Positions 24,083 to 37,735 of a DNA stretch of 64,000 nt are shown here, piece after piece. Location of the stretch: positions 25,234,001 through 25,298,000 of the forward strand of contig NC_043012.1 of the NCBI RefSeq assembly GCF_006345805.1. The letters run 5' to 3'. Each line of letters begins with the position of its first letter. Position 1 is the stretch's first letter. Under the pieces are notes generated by a model. It saw only the letters and a list, made by a program, of their open reading frames with translations. It made no database searches and was not told the origin of the DNA. The stretch comes from Octopus sinensis (lineage: Eukaryota). A program made the translations under genes and the position numbers.

Positions 24083-25372
24083 CGAGGGGCGTTCAATAAG
24101 TAATGCCCCTGACCCACTTCCCATAGCAGTAGAGCAACGAAACTTGGCACAGTTATTAGTCATTTTCTACATAGAAACCACTCAGAGTTACACATTTCTC
24201 CCATCGTTTGATGCAACTCTGGAGACCGTTTTTGTAGAAGACCCTAGCTTGGTCCTCTGACCACGATGTGACTTCAGAAATCAAGGCTGCATCATCTGGG
24301 AAACGCTTTCCTTTCAAAAACAACTTCATGGCTGCGAAGAGGTGAAAATCAGAGGGTGCAAGGTCAGGAGAGTAGGGGGATGGGGGAGGAGCTCATAGCC
24401 GCACGCCTGTGCTTCTGATCTGACGACACGCGAGTTGTAGACCGGGCGTTGTCCTGCAGGAGGAGGATGCCTTTGCTGATCTTGCCCCGCCTCTTGATTT
24501 TGATAGCTTCTCTTAATTTCCTCAAAAGTGAAGCATAATAGGCTCCTGTAATTGTGGTACCCTTTGCCAGGAAATCTGTCATCACTACTCCGTCCTGGTC
24601 CCAGAAGACTGTGAGCATGACCTTGCCAGCGGAGGGCTGCACCCTTGCCTTCTTTGGAGGAGGTGAGTCACGGTGCTTCCACTGCATTGACTGGGCTTTG
24701 GTCTCTGGATCATAGTGATGGACCCAGGTTTCATCCTGTGTAATCAGTCTTTTGAAAAGTTTTGACTCATCTTCTTGGCACATCTCCAAATTCATCCTCG
24801 AGCACTCGACGCGATCTTGCTTCTGGAAAGGTGTGAGCAACCTGGGAATCCATCTGGCAGACACCTTTTGCATATGCAAATGGTCATGAATGATAGTTTC
24901 CACAGACCCGGTACTAAACTTGACCTCATGGGCTATTGGGCGAATAGTTATGCGTCGATCTTCCAAAATGGCAGCCTCAACTTGACGGACAGATGCCTCA
25001 TCAATGGCAGAAGGGGGCGACCAGATCTGGGAGCTGTTTCCACAGAGTTCCAACCATGTTTGAATTCACGATGCCAGCGTTTTACAAGGTCATATGATGG
25101 GGCATCATCACCATAAGTTACTTTCATTTCATCAAAGGTCTCCCGTGGTGTGCGTCTTTTCAAATACAAAAACCGGATCACTGCTCGACACTCAACAGGC
25201 TCCATTTCACACTTGACTCAGTTCAAACACCTGTATATCAGAAACCACAATTAGTTCAGAGCTGTAATTTGACACCTAGTCTATAGAGATATAAATAATT
25301 GCACATGTAAAATTTCAGCTAGATCAAACAACTGCAAGTAGGTCAGAGGCATTACTTATTGAACGCCCCTCG
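24083..25372 (-). mobile_element. Full-length mariner transposon (1290 bp, 32-bp TIRs, TA duplication)
   Basis: The TIR CGAGGGGCGTTCAATAAGTAATGCC(C/T)CTGACC is at both ends with 1 mismatch; TA at 24081-82 and 25373-74. Confidence 0.97.
24156..25205 (-). pseudogene. Mariner DD34D transposase, frameshifted as assembled (about 350 aa when reconstructed)
   Basis: MEPVECRAVIRF...RSGRP / PSAIDEA...WIPRLL...TQDETW...QDNA / ...HPP / YSPDLAPSDFHLF...YVEND*. There are 34 residues between the last two catalytic Asp, three -1 frameshifts and no premature stops. Confidence 0.95.
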
Positions 25373-26054
25373 TATGTAATATACACAATAAAAGCTTACC
25401 AAGGTTTGTAAACAGTAAAGGAACTTCAGAAACCACAAAAACGTCGTGTTAATTATTTCAACGATAGAGGAATAACACGAATCTGTTAATATTGGAGAGA
25501 ACTGAACTCAGAAAATAAAGGCTTATAATTAAATGACAGAAGACACTTTGTCCAACGTTTTACCAATCCTGAGAAAATCATCATACTTTAAGTGATACAA
25601 CATTAATAATAGTAATTAACGTTTTAACATAATTATTTATGGGGTATCTTTTATTTGATATTATTGATTATTTACTACAAGATCAATATAGAACTTTTGG
25701 TATTGGCTGGATGCCATCATAAACATCTGATAAGGGTAATTGGTTCCACTTGAACAGAATTAATTCTAGATTTTTATATCAATGTATTTTATGAAAATTA
25801 TGGATGAAAAAAATACTAATATATGCGTTCGTCGACATAGCAAAAATAGAGAAAGATCTATCTGTGAGCGTGTGTGGTTATACGTGTATAGTGCACGTGT
25901 ATATATATGAACACACTATAATATGTGTATGTGTGTATGTATGTATGTATGTGTGTATTGAATGTATGTACAATGTAACCAACTTGCACATACACAAGCG
26001 CATAGAATATGTCTACATATAAAAATACGTACACACACGCACGTGCAGGCACAC

Positions 26055-26117
<63 letters not shown>

Positions 26118-26118
<1 letters not shown>

Positions 26119-26350
26119 GAGAGGGTATCCACTAAAAGTGAGCTCCCTTACGCTAGCCACGCTCATGGTGTGCTAAATTTTTTCTTGAGAACAACTTTTA
26201 GTGGCTAGCGTAAGGGAGTTCACTTTTAGCGGATTCCCTCTCATATATGTATTAATAATATTTACTGAATCTCAGTTTTTGATGCGCTAAACCATTGGTG
26301 TTAAACTGATATTATTAAATTAACATACAATTTTTCACCCTCATTTTGAT
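26118..26350 (-). mobile_element. Palindromic MITE-like element, same family as 16012-16360
   Basis: 43-bp arms at 26118-26160 and 26201-26243 (3 mismatches); shares GGTGTGCTAAATTTT..GAGAACAA and the flank. Confidence 0.75.
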
Positions 26351-26367
26351 TTTAATTCTTATATATA

Positions 26368-26403
<36 letters not shown>

Positions 26404-26451
26404 TGTATGTATGTATGTATGTATGTATGTATGTATGTATGTATAATTTTG

Positions 26452-26585
26452 GCAGGCACAGGAGAGACAACTTCGTGGGAGTGGGTAAGTCGATTACATC
26501 AACTCCAGTGCTCGACTGGTGGTTATTTTATCGACCTTGATAGGATGAATGTCGAAGACGACACCGGCAAAATTTGAATTCAGAT
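26452..26585 (-). mobile_element. Truncated SINE family A
   Basis: AAGTCGATTACATC.ACTCCAGTGCTC.ACTGGT...TTTTATCGACC...AATTTGAA. Confidence 0.8.
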
Positions 26586-26589
26586 CTGA

Positions 26590-26900
26590 AGGACTGATGA
26601 GATGCTTCTAAACATTTTGCTCGGCCTGCTTACGAGTATGCCACCACAAATATCTTGCACGGCTCTGTGGCCATCGATACCTTTGTTGACCCTTCGCAAC
26701 TGCATATTAATGCTGTTCATTTTCATGTTCATTGCTTGTCCACTGAGGAGAACAAACGCCAAGATGATTGAGGAGCCATAATTAACTCCAAAGGTTCCTC
26801 GTTGTGAACCCCATTTCATGTCTATATTTTGTCTGGGGTGTGTGGTAAAATAGATCAGCCTCTGTTTCATTCACAGTTTTCGAATGCTAGGATCACACTT
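26590..26900 (-). mobile_element. Possible old RTE-type LINE 3' remnant
   Basis: GC-richer non-tandem tract. The minus-strand peptide ...RRVNKGIDGHRAVQDICGGILVSR weakly resembles the RTE C-terminal Cys motif. Confidence 0.25.
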
Positions 26901-27064
26901 CCTTTAGCTTGCATGAAGGCGAAAATGTTTTGTGATTATATGCAATATATTTTTTAACGGAAAACGAAGAATCACACAAACGAGGATTAGTTCTGCGTTA
27001 GATATTCACGAATGGTTCAATACCCTCAATGTCATTCCAGAAATGTATTCTATGTAGACATAGA

Positions 27065-27085
27065 AAGCTTATATTTGTCTGTCTG

Positions 27086-27120
<35 letters not shown>

Positions 27121-27121
27121 G

Positions 27122-27160
<39 letters not shown>

Positions 27161-27177
27161 CTATCTATCTATCTCTA

Positions 27178-27248
<71 letters not shown>

Positions 27249-27294
27249 AGAGAGATAGAGAGAAAGATAGAGATAGATAGATAGATAGATAGAT

Positions 27295-27334
<40 letters not shown>

Positions 27335-27360
27335 TATAGATAGATAGGTAGATAGACAGA
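27065..27360. repeat. (TCTA)n, (TC)n, (TA)n, (GATA)n compound array
   Basis: Read directly; inverted (TCTA)/(TAGA) blocks flank a TA core. Confidence 0.9.
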
Positions 27361-27834
27361 AATGTGTGTGGCTATTTGAATGTAGTACATAGCAGGTGTC
27401 TATGTGAGTGTGTGTGTGTGTGTATGTGTGTGTGTGTACGTGCATATGCATGTTTATGTAAATTGACATGCTGAGAGAATATTAATCTTTGTTCTCACGG
27501 ACAATACAATTTTGCAGCATCTTGCACGTCACACAAATCTCTTGTTGACAAGACACGTTTTCCAAAGGAAAAAAAAATGAATGAAGAAAGAAATCAATTG
27601 TAAAAACAAACAAAAAATGACAGTAAATAGAAAGAAATCTGATACGGAGTGTGTTATGAAATAAAATGAAGCACGTCTACAGACACGTACACACGTATAA
27701 ACACACGAACACTTAAACAGGTACTCACACTCACCTATGGTGTCGCCTTCATATATTTTCATACATAATACACGGATATAGATCTGGCGCATACACATAC
27801 ACAATTATCTCCTTCACACGAACCACCTATGTAC

Positions 27835-27878
<44 letters not shown>

Positions 27879-28016
27879 TATATACAAATATATATATATA
27901 TGTATATATATGCATATATATATATGTATGTATATGTATATATATATATATGAATATATGTATTTATATATATGGATATACATATATATGCATACATATA
28001 TACATACATAAATATA

Positions 28017-28056
<40 letters not shown>

Positions 28057-28207
28057 CACAGTATCGCACACATCTTCCACTGGTCATTCACACACATACA
28101 TAAACACACACAAACACATACATATATATATAATGTACATATATGCATATATATAGAGAGATAGGGAGAGAGAATTAGATACATAGATTGATAAATAGAT
28201 AGAAAAA

Positions 28208-28251
<44 letters not shown>

Positions 28252-28271
28252 TAGAAAGATAGGTAGATAGT

Positions 28272-28370
<99 letters not shown>

Positions 28371-28782
28371 GTATTCGTTTATTTCACTCATCGAATCTAC
28401 CACAGTCTGACGTGATGTGTACACCAATGTAAGCAGGAACATTTTCAGAACAATATCATATAGTCACATATACTTGTATAGATACATACATACATACATA
28501 CACACATACATACACACATACATACATACATATATACATACATGCATGCATGCATACATGCATACACACATACATACATCACACATACGTATATATATAT
28601 TTCGATACATATATGCACATGTGTGAGTATATGCATATGTATATGTATGTACATATATATATTTCTCCCCCCTCTCTCTTTATATATATATATGAATATA
28701 TGAATATCTATCTATCTATCTCTATATATATGAATATATGAATATCTCTCTCTCTCTCTCTCTCCTCTCTCTCTATATATAT

Positions 28783-28827
<45 letters not shown>

Positions 28828-28836
28828 TATATATAT

Positions 28837-28884
<48 letters not shown>

Positions 28885-29249
28885 CTGACAGCTTTTTTTT
28901 TGTATTAACACCTCAATATCTGTGCATATATTTACACACAATATATACGCACATGCCCATAAGAGAATTCTGCACATAACAACACATATTGTTCATAGAA
29001 ATCCCCAGCTACATCAATCAATAGACATACAGCTATATACGGTCTGTTTACAAAACACAAGTGTATTTACTGTCTCTGAGCTTTTCAGCAGGGAATAAAA
29101 AAGAAACACAGTATATAGAAATAAATTAACCTTTTAATCAAATGAATTCGACTGATGTGGTTTCCGATTCGGTTTCTATAGTTTTCTAAAGCCAAAACAA
29201 ACTCTTAATTGCATTAGTATTGTTTGATACTAATGTTATTTAGATCCAC

Positions 29250-29600
29250 ACTCTGTGATTCTTACCTCGTCATCCTTCTTTGTGTCCTAACCATCGAGAT
29301 TCATTTCTGTGAACGTTTTCATCTGTGGGGATTTCTTCGTCCACCTGTACAAACCAGAGACATTCCTCCCTATTAACGATTCAATCTGTGGGGATCTGTT
29401 TGTTCGCCCACCTATTGATGCCTAGCATGGAAAGACGTTGCGGAGGGTGACCAAGAGAGGGAATGCTTAAAATTGGCGCAGGGATGGTTGTCTGGGAAGA
29501 ATCTTGCTTCCGAACTACCTTATTTCAGGTTCCCTCCCACTACGAGGTAACATTGGCAATTGTTTTCTACTATTGCCTCGTGCTGGCCAAAACTTTGTGG
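29250..29600 (+). mobile_element. Possible LINE AP-endonuclease remnant
   Basis: VFICGDFFVH and a second ICGDLFV copy resemble the GDFN motif; heavily decayed. Confidence 0.35.
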
Positions 29601-29710
29601 GTGGATCTCAACTAGCTATTGACAAAATCAAACAGACATACTGGGTGGAAAGAACTCGGAGAAAAGCACAATTCCCTTCCCTCTCTGTCTCTCTCCTTTC
29701 TCTTTCCCTA

Positions 29711-29759
<49 letters not shown>

Positions 29760-29776
29760 GAGAGAGAGAGAGAGAG

Positions 29777-30134
29777 AGATACACACGCACACACACTCAC
29801 ACGTACATATACCTTGTTGACGTCATTATTAACTTCCGAGGGAACGTGAAAAAACATTTTGGGAAACGGATCTCGACATTATTATTGTTCACCGATATTT
29901 TTTCCTATCTTGTCTATAATAGATTTGTGACTTTTCGCTGGTACAGAAGTATTTTTCGACTTCAATCATTGGCGATATAGGTACTCATTTAGTACCCTTA
30001 TGTATATATGTACATATCTAATATTGTATGTATATATTTTATTAATTTGCCTGTACGGCTAATAATTCGCTTACAACTTGTGATGGTATTTTAATAATAC
30101 CATCCCTATATTTATATATATACATATATATATA

Positions 30135-30228
<94 letters not shown>

Positions 30229-31237
30229 GAACACGTTCAGTTTAGATCTTAATTATAAAAAACGTATGAAACCATTATTCTATGCTAATTTAGTTAATTT
30301 TTTCAAGCTCCCTTTTCAGTTTGTAAGATAGAAATTTAAATGTAATAAAATATTTTAAAAGAAATTTAAAGTGCCTGCGTGATAACTGTAAACCTACTTT
30401 TGGGCCACCCTGTATATATATATAAATCCTACTACGCGACTCTCCACACACACGCACACCAATCACTCACCAAGATATATATGTGTGTGTGCTGTGGTAT
30501 GTATTGTACATGTGTATCCATTAATATGTATACGTGTATGTACACATATATGTACATATATGCTTGTAGATCCAGAGCATAACCATTTACCTACGTGTAT
30601 GTGTGTGTGAATGTGTGTGTATATGAGCAAATGTGTGTGTGTGTGTTTGTGTGTATTAAAATCGATAAAAATATGTACAGTGACGAGTGAAAAATCAACG
30701 TTCTGCACAGCGTACTTCTTCAGGGAAACGTTGAAAGGAGAGAAACGAACGAAAGACAACAGAGTTTTATATCCTCTGAGAACCAGAAATATACATCGCG
30801 AAAAAATATCTGTATTAATGTAATACGAATCATGTAGTATTCTTTGTGCTTATTAGTCAATTCTTGCTATAAAAGACTTTCATCACAACAAATTCTTTCT
30901 TTATTCAGCCATGTTGGAAAATATACTTCTTTAAAATACCAATGGTTTACAAAACGGTTTGTAACACCTAAACAAGCAGCTCTCTGTTTTGTACGCTTTT
31001 AAGTAGCTACAATGAACGGTCTTTAATTCGTATTACTATATTGCTGATTCTATCTCTATATAAACACACACACACGCAGCACTTTTCAACACAATATTTA
31101 CATGCTGTTTTATTTGTAGCATTTATTTATGTTCATCGAGATCCATTTCCAAAAAATGTTTTTTTCACATTCCCTCGGAAGTTAATAATGACGTCAACGA
31201 GGTATAGGTACGTGTGAGTGTGTGTGCGTGTGTATCT
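29777..31237. repeat. ~100-bp inverted repeat pair (29777-29876 and 31136-31237) enclosing ~1.26 kb
   Basis: GATACACACGCAC...GTTGACGTCATTATTAACTTCCGAGGGAA..TGAAAAAACATTTT..GGAAA.GGATCTCGA and its reverse complement. Confidence 0.85.
30392..30412. mobile_element. Isolated Tc1/mariner-type terminus
   Basis: CTACTTTTGGGCCACCCTG followed by TA; no partner end found. Confidence 0.4.
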
Positions 31238-31257
31238 ATGCATATGTAAATATATAT

Positions 31258-31337
<80 letters not shown>

Positions 31338-31474
31338 TTATATATATATATATATATTATATATGTGTGTATACATATATATGTATATATATATATTATA
31401 TATATATATAATATATATATATATAGGTGGTAAGAATGGTATACATATATATATATAATATATATATATACATA

Positions 31475-31529
<55 letters not shown>

Positions 31530-32257
31530 GGTGGTAAGAATGGCAGAATGGTAAGAATGGTGGACTGGCGCATACATTTTTAGTTTCATCGGACATTATC
31601 TTGAAACAGTCGGATCGATCGTATCGATCCTAGGACTTAATTCTGTTTGATGATTATTTCATCGAACCCTATTTATCAAATGAAGTTAACCGTTTGACGT
31701 AGAAATATATTATGGAATAATAACCTTACTGCTTTGTTATAGGGAGACACTGACATATATATGTGTGTGTATGTATATAGAAATGCAAACACACATACAC
31801 TACCATATAATACATATAATATATATAATATACAACCGAGTGTGCGAGTGCCAGTGGTTTGGTTTTGAATATGAATATGAATTTTTTTTTACAGTGCTGT
31901 ATAATATAGTACGATCGAATATCATAAAGGTTCCTTGATTGCTTTGACACCAACATAAGTCAGGGAAATTGACGTGTGTTTTGGAGTGGAAGGAAATGAT
32001 TGATTAAAAGAAAACGATCTCAGTTCTCTTTTATAATGTATGATGTATGATGTTTGGCGAACGTCGTGTCTTTCTTTTCGTTTTGTGAATCACTTTGACA
32101 CCCCGCCTTTCCCAACTCACTCTATTAAGTGCGCCAGGTCTGGTGTCTTGAGAGACGATTGTCGTTCAAGTCGAGCTTTTCAGCATTGAATATATTACCT
32201 GATGTAATACTGAATGAGGGGCAATATGTTTCGATATGTTTCAACCTGGTGAATCAA

Positions 32258-32645
32258 CTGACACTCCGTCGGTTACGACGACCAGTGTTGCAGTTCATCC
32301 GATCAACGGAACAGCTTGCTCCTGAAATTGTTGCTAAGATCATAGGCTCACGATCGTAAAGTCCTGTGTTCGATTCCTGGCGTTGCGTTCTGTTCTTGAG
32401 AAAGATACTTTATTCCATGTTGCTCCAGTCCATTCGGCAGGCAAAAATTAGTAGTACCTGTATTTGTAAGGGCCAGCCTTGTTACACTCTGTGTCATTTT
32501 AAATCTTCCTGAGAAGTACGTTAAGCGTACGCGTGTCTGTGGAGTTCTCAGCTAATTACACGTTAATGCCACGAGCAGGCTGTTCTGATGATTGGATCGA
32601 CTGGAACTCTTGCCGTCTTGTCGTTGTAAACGACGGAGTGTCACG
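32258..32645 (+). mobile_element. SINE family F (32340-32645, +) preceded by an inverted F tail (32258-32320, -)
   Basis: The body matches 40465-40776 and 45445-45740. Confidence 0.85.
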
Positions 32646-33333
32646 TGATTGTAATTACTGGATACAATTTTGATTACAGCATTATAAGATCAGAGTAAAC
32701 AGAGAGTTAACAAAAAAGCGTACACATTAAACGAATAAGATCTACAAAATGTAGATAGACCTGGACTAAATAAAAGCAATCATCACAAAGCAACTTTTTC
32801 ATAGTAAACATTCGTTTCAGTTAAAAAGTATCATTAAAATCAAAAAAATATCTTAGTTTCGACCATAAAAATCGATTTGCGTAGCGATTGACTTATATTC
32901 ACTTCTGCTGTTAGTTGTTGTTTCGTTTTGGCATATATAAGTCAAGATATTGTATATAAATACAGTGGGATGTTTTAATTAGCATATTCATAACGAATAA
33001 TTGATTCACAGACAAAATTAATCAACATATTGAACAAATTTTCTGTGACGATACTAAAAAGTTCTTTTAAAAGAAATCCATATTTTCGATAATCGATTAC
33101 GCTACTGTGCAATTTATCTAACATTTCAATGCAGGAGAATTTTGTTTAGAGGACAATATAATGTTAGCCAGAACTGGATTATGCAAATCTGACATAAGTG
33201 CAAACATTTTCCTCTAGTGTGATGTATCGTTATATGATGGACGTTTGAATGCGTACATATACATAATACATATACAGATAAATGCATAAAGATATATGTA
33301 CATATGTATATATATATATATAATATATATATA

Positions 33334-33377
<44 letters not shown>

Positions 33378-33378
33378 C

Positions 33379-33537
33379 AGAAGTCGCTGTGTGGTAAGTA
33401 CCTTGCTTGCCAACAACATGGCTCCGGGTTCAGTCACACTCTGTGGTACCTTGGACAAGTGATTTCTACTATAGCCTCGAGCAGACCAGAGCCTTGCGAG
33501 TGGATTTGGTAGACGAAACTGAAAGAAGCCTGTCATA
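33379..33537 (+). mobile_element. SINE family D, 5' half
   Basis: GCTGTGTGGTAAG...GGGTTCAGTC...GTGGATTTGGTAGACG.AACTGAAAGAAGCC. Confidence 0.9.
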
Positions 33538-33550
33538 TATATATGACAGT

Positions 33551-33887
33551 GAAGGCGCGTGGCACAGTGGTTAGAGCGTCGAGCTTACGATCGTGAGTTT
33601 GTGAGCTCGAATCCCGGACCGGGCTGCGTGTTGTGTTCTCGAGCAAGACACTTTATTTCACGTTGCTCCAGTTCACTCAGCTGTAGAAATGAGTTGCGAC
33701 GTCACAGGTGCCAAGCTGTATCGGCCCTTGCCTTTCCCTTGGACAACATCAGTGACGTGTAGAGGAGAGGCCGGTATGCATGGGCGACTGCTGGTCTTCC
33801 ATAAAAAAACAACCTTGCCCAGACTTGTGCCTCAGAGGGTAACTCTCTAGGTGCAAACCCATGGTCAGTGTCTGACCGAAGGGGGTC
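33551..33887 (+). mobile_element. SINE family E, full length
   Basis: tRNA-like head GGCACAGTGGTTAGAGCG...GAGCTCGAATCCC, central GAGCAAGACACTTTATTTCACGTTGCTCCAG domain shared with family F, 3' end GACCGAAGGGGGTC. Confidence 0.9.
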
Positions 33888-33890
33888 ACC

Positions 33891-33930
<40 letters not shown>

Positions 33931-34540
33931 TTGTGTATGCGTATAATCATATGTATGCATATATCTATGTTTGTATGTATGTATATTTTCCTATATTTAA
34001 AGACAAATGTACAACAGAATATTTATGAAAAACCTTCCAAAGAGACACCTTTACCAAGTAAATCCCAGGAGTGCGAAGAAATATTTTTTAATCATTGTAC
34101 AAGAATTGAATTTCAAGCTCTTTGTTGAGCTTGATACGTGAAGCTATATATCTAAATACACAGTGCAGTGAAAGTGCATAATTCCACGTTTCTGGCCTCA
34201 TTGGGAATAATTTTACTGTTCGTATAAGCCAACCTGCATGGCTGTCTGTTAAACATCCTAAAAGTTCACTGAATAAATAACGAATATAATAATATAACAC
34301 GATAAAATGTCGAAAATTAACTTTATTTTATTGTTCGCGTATGTCTTTGTTCGTTATTTCATTCATTCGTTGCTTTCTTACTCTTATTGGTATGACATCT
34401 ATTTTCGTTTGCATACTTTACATACAATTGCAATGGTGACTCCGAACATATTGTATTGCATAAGATGCAGACACAAGTCGTGAACATATATATATGTGTG
34501 TATGCATTACGTATATACATATACATACATGAATACACCC

Positions 34541-34575
<35 letters not shown>

Positions 34576-35239
34576 CATATATGTGTGTACGTGTATTGTT
34601 TACATATATATACATATATATATATTTGTGAGTGTGTGTATTTTATTTATATATGTATGCTTCACATTATTCATGTAGTGGTTGCTTCACTGGAAATTCA
34701 ATGCTGTAATTGGAGTTGAAGTGTCAGAATGGTTTCCAATGGAATTGATTTGATGTATACGAAACTTCTAAGAAGAATTTATCTACGAGGACTAAAGCCT
34801 CGAGCAATTTCTGTAAAGCAATCTGCATTCCGTTCGGAATATGGTTCCAAGTCGAAAGCTCTGCTCCATCGGAACATTATTTACGGCATTAAATATATCA
34901 AGACTGTAGACATATGGACAGAACACTGATGCACACGCAATCAAACACACAAACAAACAAACAAACACACAGACACACACAAATACACGCACACACTCAT
35001 ACACAGATACACACTCAAGCATACATACACGCACTTATATAAAAATATACGCACACGTTAACGCCAGCAGCACATTACTTTTCTGTGCAAGCAGGTTCTC
35101 TGTATAAAAAGACCACAAAGCGGAATAAATTAACATCGCCATGAGGAAGAATAGTCTACGAAAAAGACCAAGCCAATCCAGTATTGCGTGTTTGTATGCA
35201 TATATATATATGTGTGTGTGTGTACCTCTTTGTTATGTG

Positions 35240-35296
<57 letters not shown>

Positions 35297-35854
35297 ATTC
35301 GTGTGGATGTTTATAATTACAGTGCTTCTTCATATGCAAAACGTAAACTAAAAATTTACATTTAATAGTGCAAAGTTGTTAAAAAAAAACTTAGCGGAGA
35401 AAACGAATAACGAAGTCAACAGAAAATAAATTCAAAAAGCACCGAATTAAAGAAAATTATTGAAAACTACTTTCGAAATATAATAGGAAATACTGAGTAG
35501 ATTCTAGTGTAAATGCATCAATTATACTTCAGTTCACTTGAGTGAATGATTTAATCTTATGATTTAGAGGGCGTTATTAGCTCTATTAGACTTGGTATGT
35601 TCTTATAATTATTTTCAAGAATGCAGCTGGATGGTAAAAACGTCAGAATATTGTACAAAGTGCTTAGTTAGATTTCATCTGGGTTTTTATATTTTGTGTT
35701 CAAATTCTGCTCGGGTCCTTGTTGGCATCCAAAATTTCGAGGTAGATATAATAGAGTGCCGTATGAAATGGGAGCTCGGCGACATCAACTTAAATTGTTC
35801 TTTACAAAAATTACTGGCCTTGTAACAACATCTGAAATCAATGTTATTCTTGTT

Positions 35855-35974
35855 CTATATTTTAGAGAGGAGGAATTCTGTACATTATATACCTTCTTTG
35901 CATTGGACGGATGTGTCCTCATCTTCTTTGTTGATACCACAACGTTTCAGATGATGTTGTTATTATTATTGTTG

Positions 35975-36042
<68 letters not shown>

Positions 36043-36110
36043 TATTCAAGCCACTGCCTGCAATGGAACTCGGAATCTTGGGGTTAGTAGCCAGCATTCT
36101 TAACCACTAA
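35855..36110 (-). mobile_element. SINE family C (tRNA head, AAT tract, HHR-type tail), HHR mostly deleted
   Basis: Homologous to 41172-41432; ACAACGTTTC is joined directly to GATGTT. Confidence 0.8.
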
Positions 36111-36114
36111 CCCA

Positions 36115-36340
36115 AGGCAGCTGCTGGCAGTATCGTTAAACCGCCAGATAAAATTCTTAGCGGTGTTTCATTAATCTTTACGTTCTGAGTTCAAATTCCG
36201 CTAAAGTCAGCTTTGCCTTTCATTATTTCGGGGTCCCTGAAATATGTACCAGTTGAGTAACTGGGTCGAAGTCGTTGATTAGCCCCGACCACTCTCTCAA
36301 AATTTCAGGATTTCAGCCTATAGTAGAAAGGATTATTATT
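36115..36340 (+). mobile_element. SINE family A
   Basis: GCTGGCAGTATCGTTA...CTGAGTTCAAATTCCGC...TTTGCCTTTCAT. Confidence 0.85.
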
Positions 36341-36579
36341 GTAACAGAGAAGATCGTCTGTTGGTGGAATCGTTATGACTTCTAATAAAATTCTTGGCTG
36401 CATTATTCTGGCTTTTTCCGTTTTGAATTCTATTACTGCCGTGATCAACTTGTTCCAAGTCAAAACAAAATAGAAGAGAAGAATAACAACGCAATGTCAA
36501 ATAAGATATATGATACTCTGCATTCCATGTGTGACACTACTATTATGCAACCTTACTGCAATTTACTTGTATGTTTTTG

Positions 36580-36935
36580 GAATATCAGTTAAGACTTTCC
36601 GGCCGTGTTGCTCGATTTTCCAAGTTAGACCCCGCTTACCGTGTTCTCTTCATTTAGGATCCTGCTGTATTGACGGTTTGTGTCGGTCGACCACGTACCA
36701 CATGATCACGGTAGATGAGGAGGTATTTTGCTGAAATGGGTATTGACTGGGATTCTGAGCCATGGTTCGCCCCGGGAGAACCCGGAAATATACCAACAAA
36801 TGGCGAATACAGCAACTCGCTGCTACGGGGCATACCCCAGTACTTGACCAGCAAAAGCTCAAAAAACAAACAAATGAACGACGGAAATAAATTAACGACT
36901 ACATCAACAATGGCGGCAAGATTAACAAAGTAATT
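36580..36935. promoter_or_regulatory. Candidate GC/CpG-rich promoter or first exon
   Basis: Unique, GC-richer tract with many CpGs, ATGGCG(GC) YY1-like motifs, CCGGAAAT/ACGGAAAT ETS-like motifs and a minus-strand donor CG|GTAAGC at 36640/36639. Confidence 0.4.
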
Positions 36936-37105
36936 AGAATTGGTTTAATTGCGAAAATTAGAGAAAGAAGAAAGAGAAAAAAATATGAAATAATTACGTT
37001 ATTTTAACTGAATAGCAATAAATTTTACAATATCATAATTGTATAATTATTAGCTCTATTAATTAGTGAGTTAGAATACTATTTATATCATTATTATTAT
37101 TATTA

Positions 37106-37157
<52 letters not shown>

Positions 37158-37589
37158 CGTTAATTTTGCTGTTAATATTGTGATTTATATAAAGGGCAAT
37201 GAATGGCAGCTGAATCAGGAGGGGCGCCGCACTAAATGTTTGCAATATTTTCCAATATATTCTTTATGTTCTAAATTTGCACCCACGCCAAATTTCAACT
37301 TGGACTTTCATCTCTGCTATCGATAAAACGAAATGCCACAGAGGAACTTGGATCGATATGATCGATAAAATCGATTCTTCTCTGCTTATCGCCTACGTCA
37401 GAAATCAATACTTATTTTTTGAACAAGCATAATCGGTAAGAGGTCGAATAAATTGCCCTGTGGTATGGCATTTAATTACAGATAAATTCTGGGGTTCAAA
37501 TCTCAACGAGATAAAATTTTAATTACATCGCTCTCCCAGGATCGCTAAAGTACAGTTCCAATCCACTGAGATATTCGATGGTAACGACT

Positions 37590-37735
37590 AAAACTGCTTC
37601 CCAGCCACATGGTCCCGGGTTCAATCCCACTGCGCGGTACTCTGAACAAGTATCTCCTACTATAACCTCCGGCAGACCAAAGACTTGTGAATGGATTTGG
37701 TTGATGGAAACTGAAAGAAGCCCGTCGTTCATGCG
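37590..37735 (+). mobile_element. SINE family D fragment
   Basis: CCACATGGTCCCGGGTTCAATCCCACTGCG...GGAAACTGAAAGAAGCCCGTCG. Confidence 0.85.

Noticed and set aside
31420-31570. Repeated GGTGGTAAGAATGG embedded in TA runs
   Set aside because: Consistent with simple slippage inside a microsatellite.
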